NCBI GenBank assembly: GCA_963677545.2
Contig: CAXXKH010000045.1
Coordinates: 167,864-231,863, forward strand
From: Desulfobacterales bacterium
GTDB lineage: Bacteria > Desulfobacterota > Desulfobacteria > Desulfobacterales > JAFDDL01
Length of the DNA stretch: 64,000 nt
Reading direction: 5' to 3'
Positions 19,023 through 29,593 of the stretch are shown here, piece by piece; position 1 is the first letter of the stretch; the number at the start of each line of letters is the position of its first letter. The translations under genes and the position numbers were made by a program. The notes beneath the pieces were generated by a model. That model made no database searches. It was not told the origin of the DNA and saw nothing but the letters and a program-made list of their open reading frames with translations.

Positions 19023-20276
19023 TTAAAAATCACTAAAATCCTCGTTATCCATTGTTATGATCTTTTGAGGGGATATCTCATTTCCCGACTGTGTGTCCTT
19101 TCGAACATCAGAAAGCCTTTTTACCCTGTCAGCCACCTTCTTTTCAGCTTTTTCCGCGGATAGTCCGCTGGCTTCAAGCATCGTGCCTTCGATGTGCCGG
19201 ATCGCCTGATTAAGTTGTTCAATTCCCATGGCCTGTTCCTGTGAGGCATTCTTAATATCGCCGAACATTTTGGCAACACGTCCAATTTTTTCGGACATTC
19301 CATCGAATTCGGCATTATTTGTTTCCACCAGTGTGTGTCCTGACTTGATTTTATTAACCGTTCCCTCAATTAGCACTGCAGTGTTTTTAGCTGCTTCCGC
19401 TGCACGCATAGCCAAATTTCTCACTTCATCTGCCACCACGGCAAACCCGGCACCTGCTTCTCCCGCGCGAGCGGCTTCTACCGCGGCATTCAAGGCAAGC
19501 AAATTTGTTTGGAAGGCGATTTCATCAATAGTCTTTATTATTTTGGATGTTTCCTCGCTTGATTTTGAAATATCCTCCATGGAATCGGTAAGGGCTTCCA
19601 TGTTTGCTTGGGATTTATCCACGCTCCTATTCGTCTCGGACATCAGACCATCCGCACTTGCCGCCAGATTCGCTGTATTTTTAGTGACGGCAGATAGCTC
19701 TTCAAGTGATGCTGAGGATTCTTCAAGAGATGCCGCCACATTACCTATCATGTCTTGCAGTCGATGCTCAGCGTCTATGTCGGTCACCATCTCAACATGC
19801 CCGATCGGTTTGCCCTTGTCATCATGGATATAAGCGGTATCCACCTGCATGTACGTACTCGGTTTGTCGGGATATTCCTGGTTGTAATTTGTTCTAGGCT
19901 GTCCCTTGCGAAGGCTAGCAATGCCACAATTTTCAGTACCACAGATATCTGCCTTCCAATTCGAGCAATGCTTGCCCAGGCAGCTTTTTTTATCAAGATT
20001 ATGCATGGCAAGCAGGCTTTCGGTCACCTTGTTTATAAAGACCCAGTTCATATCCATGTCTGTCACGGTAATGGGTAAATGTACGGCATCGAGCGAGCCT
20101 TCAAGGTAGAACATCCGTTTACGATGTTTTGCAGCTGTTCGATATGAAACAATCCCCAAAACAATGGTCAACAACAACACTGCCAACAAATAAATATTCC
20201 AGTCATTAAAGAGTGTTAATGAAATAGCTATGGCAATGACAAGGTAATTCGCCCCGATTTTTTTTTGAATAGACAT
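19023..20276 (-). CDS. methyl-accepting chemotaxis protein
   Basis: 417 aa with an N-terminal TM region and a Cys-rich sensor segment. The highly conserved signalling hairpin [38 protein letters not shown] is present. Confidence 0.9.
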   Translation of the reverse strand: MSIQKKIGANYLVIAIAISLTLFNDWNIYLLAVLLLTIVLGIVSYRTAAKHRKRMFYLEGSLDAVHLPITVTDMDMNWVFINKVTESLLAMHNLDKKSCLGKHCSNWKADICGTENCGIASLRKGQPRTNYNQEYPDKPSTYMQVDTAYIHDDKGKPIGHVEMVTDIDAEHRLQDMIGNVAASLEESSASLEELSAVTKNTANLAASADGLMSETNRSVDKSQANMEALTDSMEDISKSSEETSKIIKTIDEIAFQTNLLALNAAVEAARAGEAGAGFAVVADEVRNLAMRAAEAAKNTAVLIEGTVNKIKSGHTLVETNNAEFDGMSEKIGRVAKMFGDIKNASQEQAMGIEQLNQAIRHIEGTMLEASGLSAEKAEKKVADRVKRLSDVRKDTQSGNEISPQKIITMDNEDFSDF

Positions 20277-21173
20277 AGTGGTTTCCTTTAAATTAGGAAG
20301 GTTTTGTCGTTATCTCACCTTTCGGGTTTATCCATTAATAGTGCCTTTATACCCCATTTTAACTGGAAACTGTTGTGCCTGACAATAACAAAATTGGTAT
20401 CAACCCAATTGGAAGTATCCTAATGGATGTCAAACTCTAAAATGCTTATATCATTTTCTTGAATATCACTATGAAATGGTCTTGGTAGATCAGAGTGCAT
20501 CACACGGTTTTGAGGCATCCAAACCTTGGACTACCTTGTGCCACACGTGCAAGCAGACAACTCTTTCTCACACCACTACATATTGTGGCCAGTTCATCGG
20601 CTCTTTGATTGTGATATCAAAAAGCCCGAATTCGCCTTTTCGGGCTTTTCTGTCCTTTGGCAATGTCATAATGCCAAAAGCCGAACAAGGATTTTTCTTT
20701 GGGAATTATATGGGAATGAAAGGAATAAAAAGATTATCAATCACAACATAAAGTGAGATAATCACAGAATGACAGATTAAATAGAAATCTTCGAATATTT
20801 GGCTGAATTTTCATTTGTGTTTTTTAAAGGCTGCATGCATTCCACCCATAATTCCATTGGTCTTGTTAAAATTCAGCTCCACCAAACGCGTCAAAATGCC
20901 ATGTTGTACATTATTTCGCTAAGTTTGATCTTGGTTATGTGACACAAACTAATGAATAGGATAATTATCATTGAATTCCTTTGCATGGGATTTTTTAACA
21001 GGGGCTATTCTAAGAAACTCAGCTTGCCTGTTTTTTCCAGACATATCATCGGATTTCATGGCATGCAAAAATCCAATCACATGATTTTTACATTATTTGC
21101 TATTTTTTTGTGATAAAATATCTTAAAGATTTCGGCTAATAAATATATTCATGACATACAGGAGGTTAACCTT

Positions 21174-22988
21174 TTGTCAAAAAAGCCAACATATCAAGAA
21201 TTGCTAAATCGGATTAAAAATTTAGAACAAAATCAGGCCGAACTTGAAAAATCAGACAATTACCTGACGAAATTATTTTCTATGCTGTTCGACATGGTTT
21301 TCATCATAGATTTGAAAACAGACTGTTTTATCAAGGCAAATAACACCGTCAACAAAACACTCGGTTATTCGGCGAACGAACTCGTTGGAAAATCAGTTCA
21401 TTATTTCATCCATCCCGATGACTTACAGGCCACTATTGCAGTATTAGAAAACAAACTAAAAAAAGGCATCGAGATAATAAATCTTGAAACCCGATATTTA
21501 TGTAAAAACGGCGAGTATCGATGGCTAAGTTGGACGGCACACCCAAATATAGAAGAGGAAATTGCTTATACTGTTGCCAGAGATATTACTGAATTAAAAG
21601 ATATAAAAAATAAAATCCAGATTAGTGAAAAAAAATATAGGGGGCTTTTCAATTCGTCAAATGAGGGGATCTGTCTTCACGAATTGATATACAAAGACAA
21701 CCATCCTGTTGATTATCGTATTCTTGATGCCAATCCAAAATACGAAAAGATGACTGAGATTAAAAGGGAGGATGCAATAGGTGCTCTTGCATCTGATCTC
21801 TACAAAACCGGAAAGGCTCCTTATTTGGATCAATACGCTGAAGTAGTCAAGACAGGGGAACCATCTTCCTTTGAAAACTATTTCCCACCTATGGATAAAC
21901 ACTTTCTGATATCTATTTTTTCACCCGCCCCACATCAATTTGCCACTGTTTTCCAAGACATAAGTAATCGGAAACATATCGAAAGAGCATTGATGGAAAG
22001 TGAAAATCGGTACAAAAGCCTCTTTCAAAACAACCATGCTGTGATGCTACTCATTGATCCTGAAAATGGGGAAATAATAGATGCCAATCCCGCTGCTCTC
22101 ACTTATTATGGATATCGGTTCAATGAGCTAATCGGAAAAAAAATATATGATATCAACACACTGACAGAAGCTGAAATATATATAGAAATGAATAGGGCCA
22201 GGAAAGAGGTCCGAAATATTTCTTATTATCGTCATCGCCTTGCAGATGGAGATATCCGCGATGTTGAAATATATAGCGGGCCGATTCTCATCCATAGTAA
22301 ACAATTATTATTTTCCATAATCCACGATATCACCGAGCGCAAAAAGGTTGAAGATGCGCTGAAGGATGAAATCTGGCAGCGACGGATTTTGGTGGCACAA
22401 TCCAGAGATGGAATCGTAGTCATCGACAATAACGGAGGCGTTGTGGAGGCCAACCAAAAATACGCAGACATGCTTGGATATTCTCTGAGTGATCTTTTTC
22501 ATCTTCATATCTGGGACTGGGATAGTCAATATACAAAGGAAGAACTGCTTCAAAAAATATGCACCATAGGCGAAGCAGGAGACCACCATAAAACACGTCA
22601 CCGCCGTAAGGACGGGAGTATGATTGAGGTGGAAATCAGTTCCAACGCGGCCTTCTTCGGGGAGAAAAAACTCATATTCTGTGTGTGCCGGGATATCACC
22701 GAACGGAAGCATGCCGAAGAAGAGCGGGAAAAACTGATAAAGGAACTGCAAAATGCCCTGGCAGAAATCAACACTCTGCGCGGGATTCTCCCAATATGTT
22801 CTTCCTGCAAAAAGATCCGGGACGATAAGGGATACTGGAATCAGATCGAGACATACATACACAAGCATTCCTTGGCGCAATTCAGCCATGGGATTTGTCC
22901 CGACTGCGCGAAAAAACTTTATGGAGACCTGTACGAAGAGATTCCCCCATTGCAGAACGCAAATAACACTGAGGAGGATGGATCTTGA
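21174..22988 (+). CDS. multi-PAS domain protein with a C-terminal Cys/His-rich module
   Basis: 604 aa, TTG start 8 nt after AGGAGG. It has several PAS repeats and a C-terminus ILPICSSCKKIRDDKGYW....HGICPDC. No kinase or cyclase domain is present. Confidence 0.8.
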   Translation: MSKKPTYQELLNRIKNLEQNQAELEKSDNYLTKLFSMLFDMVFIIDLKTDCFIKANNTVNKTLGYSANELVGKSVHYFIHPDDLQATIAVLENKLKKGIEIINLETRYLCKNGEYRWLSWTAHPNIEEEIAYTVARDITELKDIKNKIQISEKKYRGLFNSSNEGICLHELIYKDNHPVDYRILDANPKYEKMTEIKREDAIGALASDLYKTGKAPYLDQYAEVVKTGEPSSFENYFPPMDKHFLISIFSPAPHQFATVFQDISNRKHIERALMESENRYKSLFQNNHAVMLLIDPENGEIIDANPAALTYYGYRFNELIGKKIYDINTLTEAEIYIEMNRARKEVRNISYYRHRLADGDIRDVEIYSGPILIHSKQLLFSIIHDITERKKVEDALKDEIWQRRILVAQSRDGIVVIDNNGGVVEANQKYADMLGYSLSDLFHLHIWDWDSQYTKEELLQKICTIGEAGDHHKTRHRRKDGSMIEVEISSNAAFFGEKKLIFCVCRDITERKHAEEEREKLIKELQNALAEINTLRGILPICSSCKKIRDDKGYWNQIETYIHKHSLAQFSHGICPDCAKKLYGDLYEEIPPLQNANNTEEDGS

Positions 22989-23583
22989 TGGTCATTAATA
23001 GTTTTATTAGTATTAACTAATAGTTAATTAAGGATATAAATCAATATCAAGGATTTTTACTGAAAAAATGCGCTTTTTTTTAGACAGAAAATTTTTCATG
23101 ATTTGATTTTTGCTTAAATTAGTCAAGCGGCCCATACTGTATCATCACAATATTCTGTTTTAGCATGCAAAACAGCAAATCAAAGTGTCTTATATTTGGT
23201 GGCCAAATCCCATCTCAATAGATTACACACACTGAAATCCTTTTAACTTATTTACTGCCGTGGCTATGAAATGAATGTAATAGGGCTTATGAAATTGATT
23301 TCCCATATCTATCCAAATCATATAATATCTCCATGAAAGGAAATGCAATAACAAACTGTATTTATTCATGTATTACACCTATGCTCTAAACTTGCATGAT
23401 ATTTGCTTTTAATTACTAAATTGGAATTCGCCTTTCATTGTTTTTCCTGAAAAAAACAACTGAATACATCTGATTAATTTAAAAAAAAGGCCGTTGCCTC
23501 TCCGATTGAACCGGTGCAATGATTTGTTTTTCTTGCGGTAATATTTATGGATTGTTCTCTCTGCTGTTCAGAGGTGTTCCCAG

Positions 23584-25743
23584 ATGAAGAAATACGCTTT
23601 CCTGTTTTGTTCAGTACCAATTGGAATCACTTTTTTTGGTATAATGTTTACTCTTATTCGAACATTCTATTACACGGCATTTCCATTATTACAGGAATAT
23701 ATTTTCCCATTGTTATTAGGTACTTTCTTTGGAGCAGGTATAGGATTGTGGCGAATCCAGACTAATGAAAAAAATGAAAGGCTTGAAATAACTGCCTTTG
23801 AATTGAGCATTGCTAACACAGAGCTTAAAAGAAAGAATCAAAAGCTGGAAAAGGTCCAGGTTAAACTGCACAGCCTTCTTGACAATATCATCGATTTTGT
23901 GTGGCTTAAGGATGTCGATGGCGTTTATCTGTCATGCAATCCCAGGGTTATACAATTTTTCGGAGCAAAAGAATCAGAAATTGTCGGACGAACCGATTAT
24001 GATTTTGTTCCCAGAGAATTGGCAGATTTCTTCCGCCAAATGGATAAAGAAGCCATAGATGCTGATATACCGCAAAAAAATAAGGAATGGATTACGATGG
24101 CATCTGATGGCAGCCGTATCTTGCTTGAAACTGTAATAAAACCTATTAAGGACAAAAATGGAAAGATTATAGGAATTCTTGGAATTGGACGCGACATCAC
24201 TGCCCTATACAACGCCGAAACAACATCGCACGATGCAAAAGAAAATTTCCAGGCTATCTTCGAGAACATGGCTTTGGGGTGCTGTATAGATGAAATTATC
24301 TATGATGAAACTGGATGTGCAATTGATTATCGGGTTCTTGATGTAAATCCAGCCTATGAGAAATTGATAGGAATAAGCAGGACTCAAGCAGCCGGGTCAC
24401 TTGCTTCTGCTCTTTACGGCTATGGCACAGCACCCAATATTGATATTTACGGCAAAATTGATGAAACCGGAGAGCCTGTTACATTTAAAGCCTTTTTCCC
24501 ACCAACAAAAAAGCATCTGCTTATTACAGCTTCTCGAGTTACAAAAGGCAGATTCTGTACATTATTCTCGGACATCACAGAACAGATCAACTTAGAGGGG
24601 CAGTTGCAGCAGGCCCAAAAGATGGAATCTGTCGGGCGATTAGCAGGAGGTGTTGCACATGATTTTAATAATATGCTTGGAGTTATTCTCGGTCATGCTG
24701 AATTAGCCACGAATAAAATAGATCCTGATGATAAGCTCTATTCTCATCTGGAGGTAATAATTGACGCCTCCCAACGCTCTTCTGAAATCATTAAGCAATT
24801 GCTTGCTTTTGCCAGAAAGCAGACCATTAATCCGAAGATCATCAATATTAATTATAATGTGAAAAAGATGCTTAAAATGCTCCAACGCCTTATCGGAGAG
24901 AATATAGTTCTATTATACGAACCAAGAAAAGAACTGCACTCTGTCAAGATAGACCCTTCGCAGCTTGACCAAATTCTAGCCAATCTTTGTGTTAATGCAA
25001 AGGACGCTATTTCCGGCACGGGCAGAATAACTATCAAGACTGATAATGTTGTCCTTGATGAAACATTCTGTTCCAATAACCTTGGTTCAGTGCCAGGTAA
25101 ATACGTGCTTCTTGAAGTCTGTGATGACGGTTGTGGCATTGACAGTGAAACCATCAGCAAGATTTTTGAACCTTTTTATACAACAAAAGAAGCAGCGAAA
25201 GGTACAGGCCTTGGACTTTCTACTGTGTATGGCATTGTCAAACAGAATAATGGCTTTATATATGTTCAGAGCAAAATAGGGCAAGGGACAGCTTTCAATA
25301 TTTACTTCCCACAAAATATAGGAAAAACCACAAAATCAGAATCCACGAAAACAAATAAAATCCGATACAGTAGTGGAGAGACTGTACTGCTGGTTGAAGA
25401 CGAGCGGATTAATCTTGAAATGTATAGAGCAATTTTAGAAGAATTGGGGTATAATGTATTAACAGCCCGCAAACCGACTGATGCCCTGAAGATAGCTAAT
25501 AGCCATAGAGGAGATATTGACTTACTGATTACTGATGTCATTATGCCGGAAATGAACGGCAATGAATTATGTGCCCAACTTAACAATATATTTCCAAATA
25601 TAAAAACACTTTTTATGTCCGGTTACACAGACAATATAATTGCACATCAGGGCGTGCTTGAAGAAGGTGTAAATTTTATCCAAAAACCTTTTTTAACACA
25701 TGAATTCTCAATTAAAATCAGAGATGTCTTGGATAAAGGATAG
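23584..25743 (+). CDS. hybrid sensor histidine kinase / response regulator with PAS domains
   Basis: 719 aa: N-terminal TM segments, two PAS regions, H-box VAHDFNNML, HATPase (GTGLGLS), and a C-terminal receiver (LLITDVIMPEMNG). Confidence 0.9.
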   Translation: MKKYAFLFCSVPIGITFFGIMFTLIRTFYYTAFPLLQEYIFPLLLGTFFGAGIGLWRIQTNEKNERLEITAFELSIANTELKRKNQKLEKVQVKLHSLLDNIIDFVWLKDVDGVYLSCNPRVIQFFGAKESEIVGRTDYDFVPRELADFFRQMDKEAIDADIPQKNKEWITMASDGSRILLETVIKPIKDKNGKIIGILGIGRDITALYNAETTSHDAKENFQAIFENMALGCCIDEIIYDETGCAIDYRVLDVNPAYEKLIGISRTQAAGSLASALYGYGTAPNIDIYGKIDETGEPVTFKAFFPPTKKHLLITASRVTKGRFCTLFSDITEQINLEGQLQQAQKMESVGRLAGGVAHDFNNMLGVILGHAELATNKIDPDDKLYSHLEVIIDASQRSSEIIKQLLAFARKQTINPKIININYNVKKMLKMLQRLIGENIVLLYEPRKELHSVKIDPSQLDQILANLCVNAKDAISGTGRITIKTDNVVLDETFCSNNLGSVPGKYVLLEVCDDGCGIDSETISKIFEPFYTTKEAAKGTGLGLSTVYGIVKQNNGFIYVQSKIGQGTAFNIYFPQNIGKTTKSESTKTNKIRYSSGETVLLVEDERINLEMYRAILEELGYNVLTARKPTDALKIANSHRGDIDLLITDVIMPEMNGNELCAQLNNIFPNIKTLFMSGYTDNIIAHQGVLEEGVNFIQKPFLTHEFSIKIRDVLDKG

Positions 25744-26087
25744 GATTTTTCAAGATAAATTTAATGTGTAGATTAAAATATTGACAATTCTGCCAATAAT
25801 TACATGAACATGATGTATAAGCGGCAGTCTTATCTTGAAAAAAGGATGTATACGAAAAAATCGATTTAAAATGTGACACCCATATTTCTCAAAAACAAAA
25901 AACGTATAGAAGCTGTGATGTTACTATATTTTGTTGCTCTTATGATAGTTTCTCTTATTGAAAGATCCATTCGAATGAAAATGGAGAAAAAAAGGGTGTA
26001 GAAACTATCAATTCTTCCCCAAGGGATGAACACTGAAAAGCCAACATGGAATAACATAAGATACTTTTCGAAACATCCACTTGGCAG

Positions 26088-27564
26088 TCAATGTCATAAA
26101 GTTAACGGCAAGGCTTGTAATTCATGTAGTGCTCACGTTTACTAACTTTGTGTTTCCGTTTGAATTTTCGTCCTGGCCGAACGGGTTCGGTTGCCGCTGA
26201 AAATAATTCATGAAGGCCTTGGATTATTTTTACTACAATTTTGCGGGGCCTTTCAAAAAGCAAAAAGAGCGTATCTTTGGATTTTGAAAACACCTGCGTC
26301 ATGTTTAATTGATATTCATACTTTTTTTCTTTGCTTTCGCACTCTACAGACACCTGTGCTGGAGAAGAGAGAACAACAGCAAGATTTTTTGCAAGCACCT
26401 TTGAATGAAAATCCTGATAAACGGACAACTCGGATTGGCCCGAGAAATTGCCGACTTCGACACGCTCTTTCATGAAAAGGTAATCAACTTCTACCGGCCA
26501 ACGCTTGTGATATAGGTCTTTGAAAATTTCTTTTGGATATTTCTTTTTATCGGTAAGCGAAGTGATTAGAACTTCAATTTCGCCTGAATCGAGTTCAACC
26601 CGTATTAAGCGCAAGTGTAGTGGCGCAACATCCAAGCCCATCTCATTGCATTCTTTGATGGATTGATATGATGCATCAATATCAACAAAATCTTGATCAA
26701 GGCCGGATTCGATGAAGGTTTGAACAATCTTCCATTTATTGGAGATTCTGGCACAAAAATTACCGCCTTGAGATATAATGAGGTTGAAAACCCAGTAAGC
26801 CGGATAACCACGGTCCAATAAAAGAAGGTCGTTTGGGAGCAAGTTGAGCATATGATCTCGCAATAGTTCTCTTTCGCCGACATTGTATGGCTTTATGAAT
26901 GCCTCGATTGTGACTTTATTCAAAACATCAAATAATTGTGAAACACGAGCCATTGGGCATGCAGGTCCGTTCTTGGGTTTCATTACGCCAAAATGTTCTC
27001 GTATTTCTTGGTATTTAAAAAGTTTTAAAGTTGATCCATCTATTGCCAGTAAATTAAATCCATGCCATTTTTTGACGGTTTTGTAGTTGTTATAGAAAAA
27101 CTCAAGCAAGTGGCGGTTGAACTCTATAAATGCGGAATACTTGAGTTTCCTGCGTGCCAGTGAAAGAGCCATTTTGGTAACCAAGGCGACAGGGACATCT
27201 AATCGGAATGAAGCTTTAAAAAAGTGATCCAATTCGTCTTGGTATGATCCTTTAATGAAGTTTATGAAAAAGAGGAAAAGTGTTTGAAACGGCAGAGTTC
27301 GGTTTCGTGTAAAATCTTTTTCAGATTTTTTGTGCCGATTGACAAAGTCTTTTGAGTGAAGAATCTTCTTGAGATAATCAACAGTTTTGGCACATATCTT
27401 GGAAAGCAGGCTCCGTGCCAACATTGCTTTGCTTTTGAAGCGTTTCGGACATTTATTTCTCCTTTACGAAATGAATAATGCACGGTTAAAACTGGTGTCA
27501 GTATAGCATAATAAGCTAAAATATCAATAAAATTTAACTACTGCCGTTAACTTTATGACATTGA
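26088..27564 (-). mobile_element. IS4-family insertion sequence (1477 bp)
   Basis: Perfect 23-bp terminal inverted repeats (26088-26110 tcaatgtcataaagttaacggca; 27542-27564). It is flanked by an 8-bp target duplication cttggcag (26080-26087 and 27565-27572). Confidence 0.9.
26102..27424 (-). CDS. IS4-family DDE transposase
   Basis: 440 aa. LLAIDGSTLKL, LLLLDRGYPAYW and YHKRWPVEVDYLFMK (Y-R-E-K type motif). Confidence 0.85.
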   Translation of the reverse strand: MLARSLLSKICAKTVDYLKKILHSKDFVNRHKKSEKDFTRNRTLPFQTLFLFFINFIKGSYQDELDHFFKASFRLDVPVALVTKMALSLARRKLKYSAFIEFNRHLLEFFYNNYKTVKKWHGFNLLAIDGSTLKLFKYQEIREHFGVMKPKNGPACPMARVSQLFDVLNKVTIEAFIKPYNVGERELLRDHMLNLLPNDLLLLDRGYPAYWVFNLIISQGGNFCARISNKWKIVQTFIESGLDQDFVDIDASYQSIKECNEMGLDVAPLHLRLIRVELDSGEIEVLITSLTDKKKYPKEIFKDLYHKRWPVEVDYLFMKERVEVGNFSGQSELSVYQDFHSKVLAKNLAVVLSSPAQVSVECESKEKKYEYQLNMTQVFSKSKDTLFLLFERPRKIVVKIIQGLHELFSAATEPVRPGRKFKRKHKVSKREHYMNYKPCR

Positions 27565-27708
27565 CTTGGCAGTTGTTTTAAAAGACAACAAGGTTCCGAT
27601 ACAAGCTACGGTACAAGGGCTTTCCGACATACATAAAAAGATGTGTGACTTGATAGAAGTGCCAATGTCAACATATCAGAACCTTAAAGACATGTGGTAG
27701 TTGTTCGT

Positions 27709-27760
27709 GGGTTTTGGGACGTTGTTGACTAATTGGACTTATGCTGGTTTCTCTTAATTA
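27709..27760 (+). repeat. solo end of the HUH-transposase element (IR plus last ~30 nt of its ORF)
   Basis: gggttttgggacgttgttgactaattggacttatgctggtttctcttaatta matches 44384-44430, 42499-42550 and 28343-28393. Confidence 0.85.
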
Positions 27761-27835
27761 TGTATGTTTGACACCCCTCGGATTCGTGAGATAGATAGGA
27801 GATAGTTGCTTATTCTTCTCCGTCTCGCCCCAATT

Positions 27836-28228
27836 TTACCAAACGGTTTTTACATGGGAATATTTTAGGATTTTTTCATCTTTTGTAATAAGAGTTAAAT
27901 TGTTTACCCTAGCCGTTGCAACTATCAGCCTATCTACCGGATCTTTATGAAAATCTCCTGGCAAATTGCATACATCAATGGCTATTTGGGGGTTAATTTC
28001 AAGCACCCTTATGCCTGTTTTATCCAGCGCATATGAAAGCCACTCATCCGACGTGATCTTCATCTCAATTTTTTTTCTGCAAGCCATCATTGCAAATTCC
28101 CAAATTGAAATAGATGCAATGGCTCGTTGATCCGGAGTGGTTTTTTTAATTAATCGCGTTGCTCCCCTGGATAATTTTTCTGGTTCGCTCAAGCTCCACC
28201 ACCAGACATGCGTATCCAATAATATCAT
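27836..28228 (-). CDS. vapC: PIN-domain toxin (VapC-like), copy 1
   Basis: 130 aa from MILLDTHVWWW (TGATG overlap with the antitoxin stop). Acidic residues follow the PIN pattern (LLDTH, ..E.., ..D.., DPVDRLIVATA). Confidence 0.85.
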   Translation of the reverse strand: MILLDTHVWWWSLSEPEKLSRGATRLIKKTTPDQRAIASISIWEFAMMACRKKIEMKITSDEWLSYALDKTGIRVLEINPQIAIDVCNLPGDFHKDPVDRLIVATARVNNLTLITKDEKILKYSHVKTVW

Positions 28229-28340
28229 CAGACATTCTCCCAATCATCGCTATCAACAACAGGCTCAGTCAAATCCCCAACCGTGCGGCCTACACCGACA
28301 AGAGCCCCGATCAACGGATCTTTTGAGTTATCGGAATCGC
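28228..28340 (-). pseudogene. 5-prime-truncated Phd/YefM-type antitoxin gene (duplication junction)
   Basis: It encodes only the C-terminal ...DSDNSKDPLIGALVGVGRTVGDLTEPVVDSDDWENV. Homology to the full copy (31570-31751) stops at 28340, where the solo-end repeat begins. Confidence 0.75.
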
Positions 28341-28342
28341 AT

Positions 28343-28393
28343 GGGTTTTGGGACGTTGTTGACTAATTGGACTTATGCTGGTTTCTCTTAATT
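28343..28393 (+). repeat. solo end of the HUH-transposase element, second copy
   Basis: Same ~51-bp sequence as 27709-27760. Confidence 0.85.
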
Positions 28394-28522
28394 ATGTATG
28401 TTCAGGGTGATTTCGTTCTGTCATAAAAACAATAACAAATCGGAAAATTAGAGAAACTAATGGACAAAAGCCTTCGGATCGGCTATATGATTCACTATTG
28501 ATCATCTTATTCGGAGGTTGCA

Positions 28523-29593
28523 GTGTTCAATCTATTGGAAATCGATGTTCGTCCAGTTGTTACGAGTGAAGACCGCCTTTTTCAAAAATTGATGCAGGCG
28601 CATCACTATCTGGGCGCTCTGCCAAAAATCAGCGAAACCATTCGATATGTTGCTACGTTCGACAGCAATTGGATCGCCCTTCTTAGTTTCAGTGCTGCAG
28701 CTTTAAAATGCTCGGTTCGGGACCGTTGGATCGGATGGAAATCTCGCCATCAATATGATCGGCTCAAGCTGATTGCAAACAATAGTCGATTTTTGATCCT
28801 GCCTGAATGGCATTTACCGAACCTGGCCTCCCGTGTTTTGTCATTGTGCAGGAAGAGATTGCAAAGTGATTGGCAACGCACCTTTGGCCACCCTCTATTA
28901 CTGCTGGAGACATTTGTCGATCCCTTGCGCTTTCGAGGCACTATCTACAAAGCGGACAATTGGATCTACTTAGGCGATACCAAGGGTTTCCGGAGAACCC
29001 GGTATGGTTACAGCGCTACACCAAATTCTCCGAAAATGGTTTTCGTCAAATCCTTGATGCCTCGTGCCGCCATGTTGTTGTCTCAATCCGTGCTTAACCC
29101 ATCTTATCAAACCGGAGGCTCTAAAATTATGCTTACAGCTGACCAGATGCAGTCTTTACCTTACTTTTTTGAAAACATTCCCGATCCACGCCGAGCCCAG
29201 GGAAGACGTCATAAACTGCCTACGGTTTTGGCCATCGCCGCCGCGGCAACATTGTGCGGAATGCACGGATACCGGGCCATCTCGGATTGGGCTAAAAACC
29301 TTAGCCAAAGGGCCCGTCGGCGATTTGGCTGTCGCTATTACAAAGGCCGATTTGTTGTCCCCAGCCTGAGTATTATCCGTGACGTACTCATCCGTGTCGA
29401 TCCAACACATCTTGATGGTGCACTACAGCGTTGGAATAAGACGTATGCAAAACAGGACGAAAGCTTGGCAATTGACGGCAAAACAATGTGTAACGCCATT
29501 GATGACGAGGGACGTCAAATCCATATCATGAGCGCAATCGGTCATCAGAGCAAAACCTGCCACACCCAAAAAAAGTGGGTTTCCTCAATGTAG
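28523..29593 (+). CDS. ISAs1-like transposase, upstream frame (DUF4338-like N-domain plus N-terminal part of the DDE domain)
   Basis: 356 aa. HYLG...RYVA...WIALLSFSAAAL...RDRWIGW...NNSRFLILP...ETFVD (DUF4338-like), then FENIPDPRRAQGRRHKLPTVLAIAAAATLCG and LAIDGKT (ISAs1 pattern). Confidence 0.75.
   Translation: MFNLLEIDVRPVVTSEDRLFQKLMQAHHYLGALPKISETIRYVATFDSNWIALLSFSAAALKCSVRDRWIGWKSRHQYDRLKLIANNSRFLILPEWHLPNLASRVLSLCRKRLQSDWQRTFGHPLLLLETFVDPLRFRGTIYKADNWIYLGDTKGFRRTRYGYSATPNSPKMVFVKSLMPRAAMLLSQSVLNPSYQTGGSKIMLTADQMQSLPYFFENIPDPRRAQGRRHKLPTVLAIAAAATLCGMHGYRAISDWAKNLSQRARRRFGCRYYKGRFVVPSLSIIRDVLIRVDPTHLDGALQRWNKTYAKQDESLAIDGKTMCNAIDDEGRQIHIMSAIGHQSKTCHTQKKWVSSM

Larger units (their letters stand above)
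25868..27690 (+). pseudogene. C-terminal remnant of an IS1634/IS4-superfamily transposase gene, frameshifted and split by an IS insertion
   Basis: Fragments PIFLKNKKRIEAVMLLYFVALMIVSLIERSIR and SILPQGMNTEKPTWNNIRYF lie before the IS, and LKDNKVPIQATVQGLSDIHKKMCDLIEVP lies after it. Confidence 0.5.

Noticed and set aside
20800-21060. Possible transposase relic on the minus strand of the 20.3-21.2 kb gap (fragment ...LNFNKTNGIMGGMHAAFKK...)
   Set aside because: Only one short, weak resemblance to the C-terminal transposase motif T-N-G-x-x-E-G. It is interrupted by stops, which is not enough to call.
25866-26057. 63-aa minus-strand ORF downstream of the hybrid kinase
   Set aside because: It lies antisense to the transposase remnant, whose plus-strand translation shows recognisable transposase motifs.
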